The notes below the pieces were generated by a model, which saw only the letters and a program-made list of their open reading frames with translations, was not told where the DNA came from and searched no databases. Below, piece by piece: positions 9,523-19,778 of a stretch of DNA of 64,000 nucleotides; within the stretch, counting starts at the first letter, position 1; each line of letters starts with the position of its first letter. The stretch is from positions 773 to 64,772 of the forward strand of contig JAYRII010000001.1 of NCBI GenBank assembly GCA_041906885.1. Reading direction: 5' to 3'. This stretch comes from Candidatus Saccharimonadia bacterium (GTDB lineage Bacteria > Patescibacteriota > Saccharimonadia > CAILAD01 > CAZGYV01). Made by a program: the position numbers and the translations under genes.

Positions 9523-10282
9523 AGCTTGGTTTGCGATAGCGTCCGGTCATCATTCCCCATTTGATGTTGAGTAGGTCACCAAAAGTCTGCAAGGCCGCCT
9601 GAATGGCTGGACTACCCGAAATTTTACTTCCCTTAGTCACATCCTTCCAATCTGGCACATCAATTAGCTCAATATCATAGCCAAGCTTGCGTGCCACAGC
9701 CAAAACCTCCATGTCAAAACCCCAGCCCAGAATAGTTTGACGGCCAAATATCTCGTGCGCGGCATCAGATTTAAAAGCTTTAAAACCGCACTGGGTATCT
9801 TTTATTCCTGGCAAAAGGAGTACTTGCACTAGAAAATTACCAGTGCCAGAAATAAGTTTACGCAAACCTTTATGGCTCTCTTGCAAGTTACGGACACAGA
9901 TCGCCACTGGCTGATCGGCCTCCATTGTCGCAAAAACTTGATGTAAATACTTAAGCGGCGTAGCCAAATCAGCGTCCATAAACATAATATACTTACCTTT
10001 AGCTTCAAAGACACCGGTCCGCACCTGCTTGCCTTTAATGGCCTGCCGCGGTGGCTTTGGTCCAGCATTAACAAATCGAAAATTGCTAAAAAGCTTGGCC
10101 TGAGCACGAGCAACCTGCTCTGTTTTATCAGGACTACCAGCATCGACTACGAGCACTTCAATCTGATACTTACTCCCCTTGATGAACTTAGCCAAGTCTT
10201 CGAGAGTCTTGCCGATCCGACCTTCTTCTTTATAAGTTGGAATTATAATGCTTAAATCTGGTTGTTGTTCTCGCGCCATCAT
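9491..10282 (-). CDS. GT2 polyprenyl-phosphate glycosyltransferase (ALG5/GtrB-like)
   Basis: IIIPTYKE, VVDAGSPD, FMDADLATP, DTQCGFKAF, GWGFDMEVL. Confidence 0.9.
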   Translation of the reverse strand: MMAREQQPDLSIIIPTYKEEGRIGKTLEDLAKFIKGSKYQIEVLVVDAGSPDKTEQVARAQAKLFSNFRFVNAGPKPPRQAIKGKQVRTGVFEAKGKYIMFMDADLATPLKYLHQVFATMEADQPVAICVRNLQESHKGLRKLISGTGNFLVQVLLLPGIKDTQCGFKAFKSDAAHEIFGRQTILGWGFDMEVLAVARKLGYDIELIDVPDWKDVTKGSKISGSPAIQAALQTFGDLLNIKWGMMTGRYRKPSYAYHAKETKN

Positions 10283-11859
10283 TGCACCTCATAGCTGTAA
10301 AATAATATTTTATCATTAAATGGCGAGTAATGTGGGCCAAGATGTCCACCGGGATACTTACTTCGCAAAGTTTCTAGTGCCGCGTCGGTGTCGCCATTGA
10401 CTGCCACTATAAAGAGTTTCTTACCGCTGCCCAACGGCAAATTACGTAAATCGCTTAAGTCTAGCCGCTTAAAGTCGGCTTTTTTGCGCGCTAGATACTC
10501 GATCGTTTTGACAGAATAGCCATCGACAACTAAGAAATTACTCGTTTGCTCAGCCGAATTACCTTTAATACCGTACTGATTGAGATAATAAGCCGCCTGA
10601 ACCATGTCTTCGGCGTAGGCCTCATAAGTTTTTGGATCCTGCGCCCAAGCAACGAAATACTGCTTGTAGCCCTGAAAAGCTGTTAGAACTAGCAGGAGTG
10701 CAATTAGACTGGCACCGAAGTTACGGGCTGGGCCATTAACCGGAAAAGTGGCATACCATCTCGACAGGAAATAATTAATACCAACAGCAGCAATTATAAA
10801 AACCGCTGGCATAGCGCCAACTGCCCTCAAGGCGTGCGGCAGACTCTCGGCTGTCAGTGCTGCTGGAAGCAACATGGTGGCAAAAATTGCCAGCACCATA
10901 AAATATTTCAGACGACCCAACCTAGCCAGACAAACAAAAATACCAAGAAGCATCATGACGCCGATAAAGACATTTAGCATCGGTAGTCCGCCCAAATTGT
11001 GACGATAATTTGTATCACCTTTGAAGTTAAACATTAGAAGAGTCTTAACTGAACTATCAACTAGTGTTTGAAGCGGCTTACCACCATTTAAGCTTTTATT
11101 CATAAAACTGGTACCGCCAGAACGAGCAAATGAATCAGCCGGATGCTTGATTGTAAAGATAATCATTGGCGATAGAACTACTAATAACGAAATCAAGCCG
11201 AGGCCAATTTTGCGCCAGGAAGATTTAAACCATTGACGGCGCAATATCAATAAATACCCCAGTGCCAATATGACAATACCAACGAATAGCTGAAAGGCGA
11301 CATAGGTATAGAGCCCCAACCCAGCCACAACACCAGCAGCGATGAAATAACCAATCTTTTGCGTTTTATAAGCCTTGCCGGCTAGATAGGCCACGCTGGC
11401 AATCATGAGTGGCACCATGCTAGCTCGAAAACCGTCCCGAGTAATCGTCACAGCCCAAGGGCTCACGGCAAAGATAAAAGCTGCCACCAGGCCGGTCCGT
11501 CGCCCAAACCAATCCGTCGCCCATAAATACGCCATTACAACCGCCAAAGTGCCGATAATAGCTGGAGCAATTCTGAGTGCTAAGATGACATTTCCAATAG
11601 TGACAACGAAAATTGCTTGCAAGTAAAAGAAGAGGGCTTCGCGCGGGCCATTGGTGTTATAAAGCACCCGAAAATCATGATGATCGATCATTCGAAAAAT
11701 GTCCAAACCATTAGCTGCTTCATCGGGATGTAAGCCAGGTGGAAGCGCATCGAGTTTATAAAATCTAAAAAAGATCGCCGTAATAATTATTAAAAATAAA
11801 ATTATGTGAGCTAAATGCCGATGAATAAAATTGGTTAATGAGGATTTATTCTGCTTCAT
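10279..11859 (-). CDS. GT-C (GT39-like) membrane glycosyltransferase
   Basis: 'RFYKLDALPPGLHPDEA', multiple TM helices. Confidence 0.88.
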   Translation of the reverse strand: MKQNKSSLTNFIHRHLAHIILFLIIITAIFFRFYKLDALPPGLHPDEAANGLDIFRMIDHHDFRVLYNTNGPREALFFYLQAIFVVTIGNVILALRIAPAIIGTLAVVMAYLWATDWFGRRTGLVAAFIFAVSPWAVTITRDGFRASMVPLMIASVAYLAGKAYKTQKIGYFIAAGVVAGLGLYTYVAFQLFVGIVILALGYLLILRRQWFKSSWRKIGLGLISLLVVLSPMIIFTIKHPADSFARSGGTSFMNKSLNGGKPLQTLVDSSVKTLLMFNFKGDTNYRHNLGGLPMLNVFIGVMMLLGIFVCLARLGRLKYFMVLAIFATMLLPAALTAESLPHALRAVGAMPAVFIIAAVGINYFLSRWYATFPVNGPARNFGASLIALLLVLTAFQGYKQYFVAWAQDPKTYEAYAEDMVQAAYYLNQYGIKGNSAEQTSNFLVVDGYSVKTIEYLARKKADFKRLDLSDLRNLPLGSGKKLFIVAVNGDTDAALETLRSKYPGGHLGPHYSPFNDKILFYSYEVQ

Positions 11860-12365
11860 TTCTTAAACACTAATTTCTTGTATAGAACATAATTGTACAC
11901 CAGAACTATGGCGATAGCTGCTGCTAGAGCGACATTATCGGTGTAAAATGCCTGATCCATCGGCAGATGCAGCACTTGACCGATTGTGTAGGCCAAATTA
12001 GCTGGCCAGAGCCAGACTGCAGAAAAAAAGTTCAGGATGATTGGTCTAATCGCATAGATACCAAACATGGTAATAGCAAAAAACAAGATAATTTCCCTAT
12101 TGCCAACCTTTTTGGCTCTGAATGTAAAACGTTGATTGAAGACAAAGCTATTGATCATCGCAATCGTACCAGATATCACTCCGGCAATCATAATACCACT
12201 GATCGGTTTGCCTAGAATAGTAAAAAAAACCTCATTGCGAGGTAAAATCGTGCGAACAAGCAAGTTGAGAATAATAAAGTCAACTGCAGTATTTAAAATT
12301 CCAACCAAACCAAATCGCCCGACTTGGGCGACTTCATTATTTTTTTTAGTTTTGGCTGGTGACAT
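11856..12365 (-). CDS. GtrA-family flippase
   Basis: 'RFGLVGILNTAVDF', 'NSFVFNQRFTF', 'YNYVLYKKLVF'. Confidence 0.9.
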   Translation of the reverse strand: MSPAKTKKNNEVAQVGRFGLVGILNTAVDFIILNLLVRTILPRNEVFFTILGKPISGIMIAGVISGTIAMINSFVFNQRFTFRAKKVGNREIILFFAITMFGIYAIRPIILNFFSAVWLWPANLAYTIGQVLHLPMDQAFYTDNVALAAAIAIVLVYNYVLYKKLVFKK

Positions 12366-12454
12366 TTATAAATAAGTGCTTATGCTTGTTTAAGCCAATT
12401 ATAGCCTATTTGGATTATTATGGCAAAGCTCGGGTCTTAACGTACATCAAATTA

Positions 12455-13837
12455 CTATAAGGTTCGGCTCCTCTCGATATTCTTAAATAGCATTTTATCA
12501 GCCTCGAAATATAGTTCGACATCACCAGTCGGACCATTGCGGTGTTTTTTAATCAGAATATCAGCAATATTTTGCCGTTCGCTCTCTTTATTATAATAAT
12601 CTTCACGATAAATAAACATCACCACATCGGCGTCTTGCTCGATTGAGCCTGATTCGCGCAAATCAGATAGCTGCGGGATCTGCGGGTGCCTAGACTCGAC
12701 CGATCGCGACAACTGCGATAATGCCAGCACTGGCACATTGAGCTCACGAGCCAAACCCTTCAAGCCACGTGATATTTCGGAAATTTCCTGAACACGATTA
12801 TCACTCGAGTTATTACGACCACTCATCAGCTGCAGGTAGTCAATTACGATCAAGCCCAGGTCATGCTCACTTTGCAAGCGCCGCGCCTTAGTGCGCATTT
12901 CCATGACGTTGGCCATAGCTGAGTCGTCAATAAAGATCGGTGCTTCGGCCAAGACCCCCATAGCTTTATTTAACTTCTCAAAATCACGATCCTCCAGATT
13001 ACCGGTTCTTAGCTTCCAGGAATCAATCTTAGCTTCGCCGGCCAGCAAACGATCAATCAGCTGCTCCTTGCTCATCTCTAGACTAAAAATACCTACCGGT
13101 ACACCTGATTTAATAGCAACATTTTGGGCAATATTCATGGCTAGAGAAGTTTTACCAATACTGGGACGAGCAGCCAGGATGATTAAGTCTGCCTTTTGCA
13201 AACCAGCCAAGAGGTTGTCCAATGCCCGATAACCAGTCGGCAAACCACGTAATTGTTTTTTATCTTTATGCAAAGCGTCCAAACGATCGAAGCTCTCGGC
13301 CAATACCTCACGAATCGGACTAAAGTTTTGCTTCAAATGCTTTTGACTAACCTCAAATAATGTCTGCTCAGCGCTGTCGAGCAAGCCATCGAGCGGAGCG
13401 GTCTCATCAAAAGCTAAGGCATTGATCTTGCCCGAAGCTTCGATCAGACGCCTGAGAGTAGCTTTTTGAGCCACAATCTGAGCGTAATGTGCCACATGAG
13501 CCGCTGACGGTACACTATTAACAAGTTCAGTCAGATAGGTCGCGCCACCAATTGATTCTAGCTCGCCCATGCTTTCGAGTTTATTTGACAAGGTCACAAC
13601 ATCAATTGGCTCGCGTTTTTCATAGAGAGCTAAAATCGCCTCGAATATCAATCTGTTTTTTGCAACATAGAAGTCATCTCCTGCGACTATATCAGCTACT
13701 TTAATGATTGCATCCCGATCTAAGAGCAATGAGCCGATCAAGCTGGCTTCAGCTGCTGTGTTTTGAGGTGGTACTTTTTGAGCCGATTTAGATAGAGCTA
13801 AATCCACATCTGATGATTGATCGATCTTTTTAGCCAT
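12455..13837 (-). CDS. dnaB: Replicative DNA helicase
   Basis: PPQN..AE, AARPSIGKT, FSLEMS, IDYLQLM, LSQLSR, DLRESGSIEQDAD; start placed at MAKK, overlapping the dnaX end. Confidence 0.98.
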   Translation of the reverse strand: MAKKIDQSSDVDLALSKSAQKVPPQNTAAEASLIGSLLLDRDAIIKVADIVAGDDFYVAKNRLIFEAILALYEKREPIDVVTLSNKLESMGELESIGGATYLTELVNSVPSAAHVAHYAQIVAQKATLRRLIEASGKINALAFDETAPLDGLLDSAEQTLFEVSQKHLKQNFSPIREVLAESFDRLDALHKDKKQLRGLPTGYRALDNLLAGLQKADLIILAARPSIGKTSLAMNIAQNVAIKSGVPVGIFSLEMSKEQLIDRLLAGEAKIDSWKLRTGNLEDRDFEKLNKAMGVLAEAPIFIDDSAMANVMEMRTKARRLQSEHDLGLIVIDYLQLMSGRNNSSDNRVQEISEISRGLKGLARELNVPVLALSQLSRSVESRHPQIPQLSDLRESGSIEQDADVVMFIYREDYYNKESERQNIADILIKKHRNGPTGDVELYFEADKMLFKNIERSRTL

Positions 13838-15284
13838 TGACAATCTCCCCGCCCAAAATTTCCAAAGCCGACGAAATCAACTCCGAATCCTTATCGCTTG
13901 GAGTAGAACTTTTGGACTCGCTGACAATATCGCAACGTAGCGTAATGACACGACCAAAAGTTTTCTTCATAGCTGCTTCAATCAAAGTACGATTCTTGGC
14001 CTCCTCGATTCTTTCTTTGTGAAACTTGAAACGACAATCCAGTACCAGGTTATCACCTTCGATACGAGGGTTAGCCGAGCGCATCACAGCATAGAGTGAA
14101 TTATTGCGCTCCTTGATCAGGCTTAAGCCTTTTAGACATAAGCTAGTTTCGTCGACATTGACATGGGTACTTTTAGCCGTCAGCTTACCAGGCTTTTTTG
14201 CTGGTTGCTTGACCGTCTGAGCAGTATCTTTTGGCTTGGCCTCCATAGTAGCGGTGGTCGCAGCATTACTATTCATCGCAATTGTCGACTTGTAGACCGC
14301 CAGCTCCAGTGGCAAGCTGTAATGACTAGAAACCTTGAAGTCTATTAAAGCCTTGGTTAAATTCTCAATCATGTAGATAATCATTTCAGCCGAAATATCA
14401 TTAAAATATTCCAGGCCAGGCTTAGTTTCTAATCCAGAGCGAGCAAATAGCCCGGCTCGTAAATAGTCCAACAATTGATAAGTTAATTGCTGCGGATCGT
14501 TTCCCTGCTTAATTATCTTGCTCGTCAGGCTCATTGAGCTGATCGTCTCACCAGTCGACATCGCCTTGACAAGCCCCTCGACAACCTCCTGACTACTCAG
14601 CCCCAGAATACTATAAACAGTCGTTCGACTGATGGGCTGGCCAATGACCGATAATTGATCAAGTATACTAATACCATCACGAAAACCACCCTGCGAGGCA
14701 ACTGCGATAATCTTCAATGCATCAAGATCAATGTCAATCTTCTCAGCGGCAGCAATCTTGGCTAAATGCGCCACCATGTCATCAGCACCGATCGGGCGAA
14801 AATCATAACGTTGAGTCCGAGAAATGATTGTGTCGGGAAGCTTGTGTACATCGGTCGTAGCTAATATGAAAATAACATGTGAAGGAGGCTCCTCGAGAGT
14901 TTTTAAAAGCGCATTAAATGCCTCGCGCGTTAACATATGAACTTCGTCGATAATATAAACTTTATACTCCAGAATTGTAGGCGCAACTGCTACTTTCTCT
15001 CGTAACTGCCTAATTTCGTCAATACCACGATTACTAGCCGCATCAATCTCGACAATATCCAAGTATTTTGCAATATCCTCAGACGCCATAAGACGATTGA
15101 CAATGCGCGCCATTATCCGCGCCACACTGGTCTTGCCAACACCACGCGGACCAGTGAAAAGATAGGCATGGCTAACCAAGCCGCTTTTGACTGCAGCAGA
15201 CAAAGTACTTGTGATATGATCTTGACCAATCACATCCTTCAGCTCAGCTGAACGATACTTTCGATACAATGCCAAACGAGACAT
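13830..15284 (-). CDS. dnaX: DNA polymerase III gamma/tau
   Basis: LYRKYR, GPRGVGKT, DAASN, IDEVHML, LLKTLEEPP. Confidence 0.98.
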   Translation of the reverse strand: MSRLALYRKYRSAELKDVIGQDHITSTLSAAVKSGLVSHAYLFTGPRGVGKTSVARIMARIVNRLMASEDIAKYLDIVEIDAASNRGIDEIRQLREKVAVAPTILEYKVYIIDEVHMLTREAFNALLKTLEEPPSHVIFILATTDVHKLPDTIISRTQRYDFRPIGADDMVAHLAKIAAAEKIDIDLDALKIIAVASQGGFRDGISILDQLSVIGQPISRTTVYSILGLSSQEVVEGLVKAMSTGETISSMSLTSKIIKQGNDPQQLTYQLLDYLRAGLFARSGLETKPGLEYFNDISAEMIIYMIENLTKALIDFKVSSHYSLPLELAVYKSTIAMNSNAATTATMEAKPKDTAQTVKQPAKKPGKLTAKSTHVNVDETSLCLKGLSLIKERNNSLYAVMRSANPRIEGDNLVLDCRFKFHKERIEEAKNRTLIEAAMKKTFGRVITLRCDIVSESKSSTPSDKDSELISSALEILGGEIVNG

Positions 15285-15425
15285 AGTCTTGAGCTATCCT
15301 CCCTCGCCCCACTTTTAATTTACGATTCGTAATGTATAGAGGCTTAAACTGTCATCTTATTATAGTAGCTTTAGAAATAGTTTTAAATGCTGACAAGCCA
15401 GATTGTGATAAAAAATACACCCTGA

Positions 15426-16619
15426 TTAGTTCGCAGATTTGGCTTCTTCAAGCTTGGCGCTAACGGTCTGCTGATGGCCATCTCGCACAATCGTAATTTT
15501 AACGGTTTCGCCAACCTTGGATTGGCCAATGACTTGAGTTAGGCTGTGATTTTTATCGATTGGAGTATCACCTATTTTAATAATTATATCACCGCTCTTT
15601 AAACCAGCTTTAGCTCCCGGACTTCCCGGTAGAACCGCTGGGCTAGTAGTTTCTGAGCCTCGTAAGTATGCCCCTTCAGCAACCGTTAGATTATTTGCGC
15701 TTGCGATTTCTGGAGTCAGCATGATGTACTGTACGCCTAAATACGGCCGGCTAATCTTGCCGCTGGCAGCTACTGATTCGACATCATTCTTAGCGTCATT
15801 AATAGGGATAGCAAAGCCAATGTTTTGAGCCTGGCCGGCAATGGCGGTATTGATGCCAATAACCTGACCATCAATATTGACAAGCGGGCCACCTGAATTA
15901 CCGGGATTAATAGCAGCATCGGTTTGGAATAAACCTTGCAATGTTTCATTACCGCTACCGCCACTAGCTGTAATACTGACTCCCTTGCCGGAAATCACAC
16001 CAGTCGTGACGGTGTTCTGGAATTTACCAAGCGCATTGCCGATTGCGATGACACGCTGCCCGACTTCAACCCGACTCGAATCACCCAACGTAGCCGCTTT
16101 TAAGCCGCTGGCCTTAACCTTGAGAAAAGCGATATCGTTAGATGGATCTTTGGCAACTACAACCGCGTCCTTATATTCTTTGCCTTCGCTCGTAATCACG
16201 CTAAAGCTGCTACCATCCTCGACCACATGCTTATTGGTCAAAATGAGCCCATCAGGCGACACGATCACGCCAGTGCCAGCCGCGGTTTGAGTTTCTTGCC
16301 GTCCAAAAAAATCCATTTGATTTGAACTAGTAGTGATACTGACAACCGATGGGGAAACATTTTTAGCAACGTTAATAACAGCCGTATCTTCATTGACGAC
16401 ATAATTTTTACTTTGTGAGATCGCAGTGTTCTTACTGCCCGCGAAAAATCTTCCATAGACATATGCCCCACCCAAACCAGCTAAAAATGCAATTAGCACG
16501 AGTACGACTAAGCCTGGAATTATAGACCTAAGGCTAGATGACTTTTTAGCTGGCTGACCACTGTGAGACTTGGGCAAATCAACTGGACTTTTTTCTTTTT
16601 CTACACTCATTTGTTCCAT
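15426..16619 (-). CDS. htrA: HtrA/DegP-like serine protease with one PDZ domain
   Basis: N-terminal TM, TNKHVV, DAAINPGNSGGP, PDZ. Confidence 0.93.
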   Translation of the reverse strand: MEQMSVEKEKSPVDLPKSHSGQPAKKSSSLRSIIPGLVVLVLIAFLAGLGGAYVYGRFFAGSKNTAISQSKNYVVNEDTAVINVAKNVSPSVVSITTSSNQMDFFGRQETQTAAGTGVIVSPDGLILTNKHVVEDGSSFSVITSEGKEYKDAVVVAKDPSNDIAFLKVKASGLKAATLGDSSRVEVGQRVIAIGNALGKFQNTVTTGVISGKGVSITASGGSGNETLQGLFQTDAAINPGNSGGPLVNIDGQVIGINTAIAGQAQNIGFAIPINDAKNDVESVAASGKISRPYLGVQYIMLTPEIASANNLTVAEGAYLRGSETTSPAVLPGSPGAKAGLKSGDIIIKIGDTPIDKNHSLTQVIGQSKVGETVKITIVRDGHQQTVSAKLEEAKSAN

Positions 16620-16668
16620 ATAATAGTGTTACTTTCTGAGATTTTACTTAAATTTTGATTTATCTTGG

Positions 16669-17475
16669 CTAAAAGCCGGGGGTCCACTTTGTAAACGCAA
16701 CCACTAATACAAAAACTATAACGGAAACGGCTAAATATTCAAATAGAAGCGGTCGCGTGAGGGTACCTTTTTTGTGATGATAATACATGCCGCCCCAAGA
16801 ATAGGCCAAGCTGCCAACGATTAAAGCTGGCTGGCTAATAATAAATTTTAAGCGTGGTAATTGATATAATACTATCCAGCGCGACGTAATCCATACTAGC
16901 TCGACGCAAACTAATGCCCAAATTGCCGCCAGACCTTCCATTCGTCCCATAAACGGCAGTAGCCACCACATAGCAATTATAAAACTGACCAACCAGACAA
17001 AGACCATAATAAAAACAATTGGAATATGCCACAAGACTAGCATCAAACTCGAAGACGTAATCAATAATACAATCAAAACCAGACTCAAGATGCTGCTAAG
17101 CCGGGGTCGATGATCAACTTTTAGCTCCCCGATCACGAGAAAGCTGTACCCGACAATTGCAATAACCAGTACTGGCACAAAAAATAGCAACGTGTAGTTA
17201 TTGATATTTTTTATTAGATTTAAATAATAAAGCGACAAAAAAAGCCAAAGACTAGGTTTGACTGCCTTGGGCCAGAGGCGAGATAGGCTTTTATTGAGTA
17301 TCAGAGTTTTGATCGCAAATAAACAGGTAGCGAATATAGCAATCAAACCCAGATACCAAAAATCACTGTAGTAAAAGAATACTAAACCAATGATAAACTG
17401 AACCAGGCTGGAAACTAATATATTGCGCTGAGTCTTACTAATCATAATGATTTCACCAACTTTAACTTTTGACAT
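16669..17475 (-). CDS. Hypothetical multi-pass membrane protein
   Basis: 268-aa hydrophobic ORF in the LCP-HtrA gene run. Confidence 0.75.
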   Translation of the reverse strand: MSKVKVGEIIMISKTQRNILVSSLVQFIIGLVFFYYSDFWYLGLIAIFATCLFAIKTLILNKSLSRLWPKAVKPSLWLFLSLYYLNLIKNINNYTLLFFVPVLVIAIVGYSFLVIGELKVDHRPRLSSILSLVLIVLLITSSSLMLVLWHIPIVFIMVFVWLVSFIIAMWWLLPFMGRMEGLAAIWALVCVELVWITSRWIVLYQLPRLKFIISQPALIVGSLAYSWGGMYYHHKKGTLTRPLLFEYLAVSVIVFVLVVAFTKWTPGF

Positions 17476-17488
17476 TTAACTCTAAAAG

Positions 17489-19015
17489 CTATCTAACCGG
17501 TGTCGGGGTGGGCGTTGGCTTATAATCTGCACCGATGATTATTTTAATATCGATAGATTGCGATGTAGTTTTAGTATTTGCACCTGACGGAGTTGGGCTA
17601 GTAGTCGCCTCTGCTGTCTTCGCCTTGACGCCAAAACGATTCTCAAGATACTTCAAGGTGTATGGCTTCTTACCGCCCGTATAATCATAGATCATCGTTT
17701 GCTGATAATTAGTGCTATCAGCCACGCTTGTCTTTATAACATTATATTTGTAACTTTTCAACAAAGCTGACACCTGAGTGGCGACCGCGTACTTGGTAGT
17801 GCCATTGTCAACTTCGATAGCAGCGGCTTCCTGCTTGATATAACCATCAACAAATATCGAGCGAACAAACTCTTGGATGGCTGTAAAATTACCATTGCCA
17901 GCCACCGGAATAACCACGCTAGCCCCGCCGAAGTTAGCATTAGTCACCAACCCGCCCGGCTTGTTATCAAGCACATTATTGATGATCTTGGCCGGATCAA
18001 TCTTTTGGCCAATCTCTACTAATTTATTTATCTCCCAAGCCTGTAAATCTGTACTGAGATGACCACCAACAATATCGATTAGCTCTGAAATTTTGGCCGG
18101 ATTTGTTATGGTGGATATCTTAAGAGCTTTTTCACGCATCTCAACTAAAACTTGCTGCTGACGTTTGGCTCGGCCAAAGTCATCACCGCAGTTACCCTTA
18201 CGACAGCGTACGAATTTTAAAGCAGTCGCCCCATCCATATGCTGAGTGCCGGTAGCAATATGCATACCGCATGCTCTGCCCTCATTCTTATCGCAGGGAT
18301 ATTCGGGATCATTTAAGGCTTGTTCAACATTGATATCAATCCCACCAAGGGCATCAACGGCCTTCTTCAAGCCGGTAAAATCAGCTCTGACATAGTAGTG
18401 AATTGGTATTCCTAGCGTCTGGCTGACGACCTGTTTGGCCAGTTCCGGCCCACCACCCTTTTTAGCTTGTTCACCAAAAGCATGAGCAGCATTGATCTTG
18501 TCGTAGCTATGACCGGGAATTTTAACATAAAGATCGCGCGGTATTCCAAGCATGGAGACGTCATTGGTACGTGGATCGATGCTAGCCACCATGATCGTAT
18601 CTGACAAATCAGCTCCAGCATGCCCGCTATCACCAATTCCTAAGAACAAGATGTTGACTCTGCCATCACCCTCACCCCTCAAATCTCCCAACTTGACTTC
18701 ATCTTTCAAGCCAGCTGCCGCCACGCCAGTGTTGCGCTGAATTACTTTATTGAGCGCAAAGTAAGTCTTGGCTCCAAAAGCTGCACCAGTTAGAAATAAT
18801 AAAACAACAAATACTAGTAAGATCTTTTTAGGCCACGATAATCGTTTAGAATTCTTCAGCTTTGTCTTGCGACTTTTGCGATCATAGACAAAATCGGGCT
18901 CGCTCGAAACCCTCTCTTCACTAGACACTTGACGAACACTAATATCCATCAAGCGACCCCGCGACAATCGATCGGCAGGCTGGTTGCGCTGGCTTTTTTC
19001 TCGCGGCTTATCCAT
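17489..19015 (-). CDS. LCP-family phosphotransferase with LytR C-terminal domain
   Basis: SDTIMV, IPRDLYV, KINAA, DFGRAKRQQ, V.NGT; start moved to MDKPRE. Confidence 0.92.
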   Translation of the reverse strand: MDKPREKSQRNQPADRLSRGRLMDISVRQVSSEERVSSEPDFVYDRKSRKTKLKNSKRLSWPKKILLVFVVLLFLTGAAFGAKTYFALNKVIQRNTGVAAAGLKDEVKLGDLRGEGDGRVNILFLGIGDSGHAGADLSDTIMVASIDPRTNDVSMLGIPRDLYVKIPGHSYDKINAAHAFGEQAKKGGGPELAKQVVSQTLGIPIHYYVRADFTGLKKAVDALGGIDINVEQALNDPEYPCDKNEGRACGMHIATGTQHMDGATALKFVRCRKGNCGDDFGRAKRQQQVLVEMREKALKISTITNPAKISELIDIVGGHLSTDLQAWEINKLVEIGQKIDPAKIINNVLDNKPGGLVTNANFGGASVVIPVAGNGNFTAIQEFVRSIFVDGYIKQEAAAIEVDNGTTKYAVATQVSALLKSYKYNVIKTSVADSTNYQQTMIYDYTGGKKPYTLKYLENRFGVKAKTAEATTSPTPSGANTKTTSQSIDIKIIIGADYKPTPTPTPVR

Positions 19016-19104
19016 TACTAGTAAATTATAATGAAGTTGCTCATTCAAGTAAATATAGTACTTATGTTCAAATAGGTACATTTTAGTTATGATATATGTA
19101 AATT

Positions 19105-19716
19105 ATGCAATTATTTAATAAAATAAACCCAACCGTTAAAAAAATATTGTCAGTTGTTTTGAACTGGATATTAATTCCAATATTGATCGTATTATTTGTT
19201 CAATCGTTTATGTTTCAAGCTTTTTATGTCGAAGGCAACAGCATGGAACCAACCCTACACAACAACGACTATGTTTTTACTAGTAAAGTCGGCCTTAATT
19301 TTCACCGTCTCGTTGCTTTTATTAGTCCAAATCTACCACTAAAACGCGGCGAAATAATCGTTTTTAAATTGCCCAATTATGACGGGCCGCCACTTATTAA
19401 GCGCGTCGTTGGCTTACCCGGTGAGAGAGTCGTCATCAGTGGCGGCAAGGTCACAATTTATAATAAAAACAACCCAAATGGCTTGGTCTTAAAGGAAAGC
19501 TACATTAACGACGCCTACCCAACTGAGGGAGAAGTTGACACAAAAATCAGCTCAGGTAATGTTTTTGTCCTAGGTGATAATCGTTCGCCAGGAGCTAGTC
19601 TAGACTCAAGAATATTTGGGCAAATTAGCGAAACTCAGATTTTTGGCAAAGCATTGCTCCGCTTGCTACCAATCCATACTTTTACAACCTTAGAAAATGT
19701 CCAGTACGCACCCTAG
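19105..19716 (+). CDS. lepB: Signal peptidase I (copy 1)
   Basis: GNSMEPTL, IKRVVGLPG, GDNR..SLDSR. Confidence 0.95.
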   Translation: MQLFNKINPTVKKILSVVLNWILIPILIVLFVQSFMFQAFYVEGNSMEPTLHNNDYVFTSKVGLNFHRLVAFISPNLPLKRGEIIVFKLPNYDGPPLIKRVVGLPGERVVISGGKVTIYNKNNPNGLVLKESYINDAYPTEGEVDTKISSGNVFVLGDNRSPGASLDSRIFGQISETQIFGKALLRLLPIHTFTTLENVQYAP

Positions 19717-19778
19717 ATAATAATTTTCGATTGTTTTATAACTTGTAAGTCATATGTCTTGCTGCTTATAATGGTAGG

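Noticed and set aside
12455-13837. Intein in DnaB
   Set aside because: Length and motif spacing are normal
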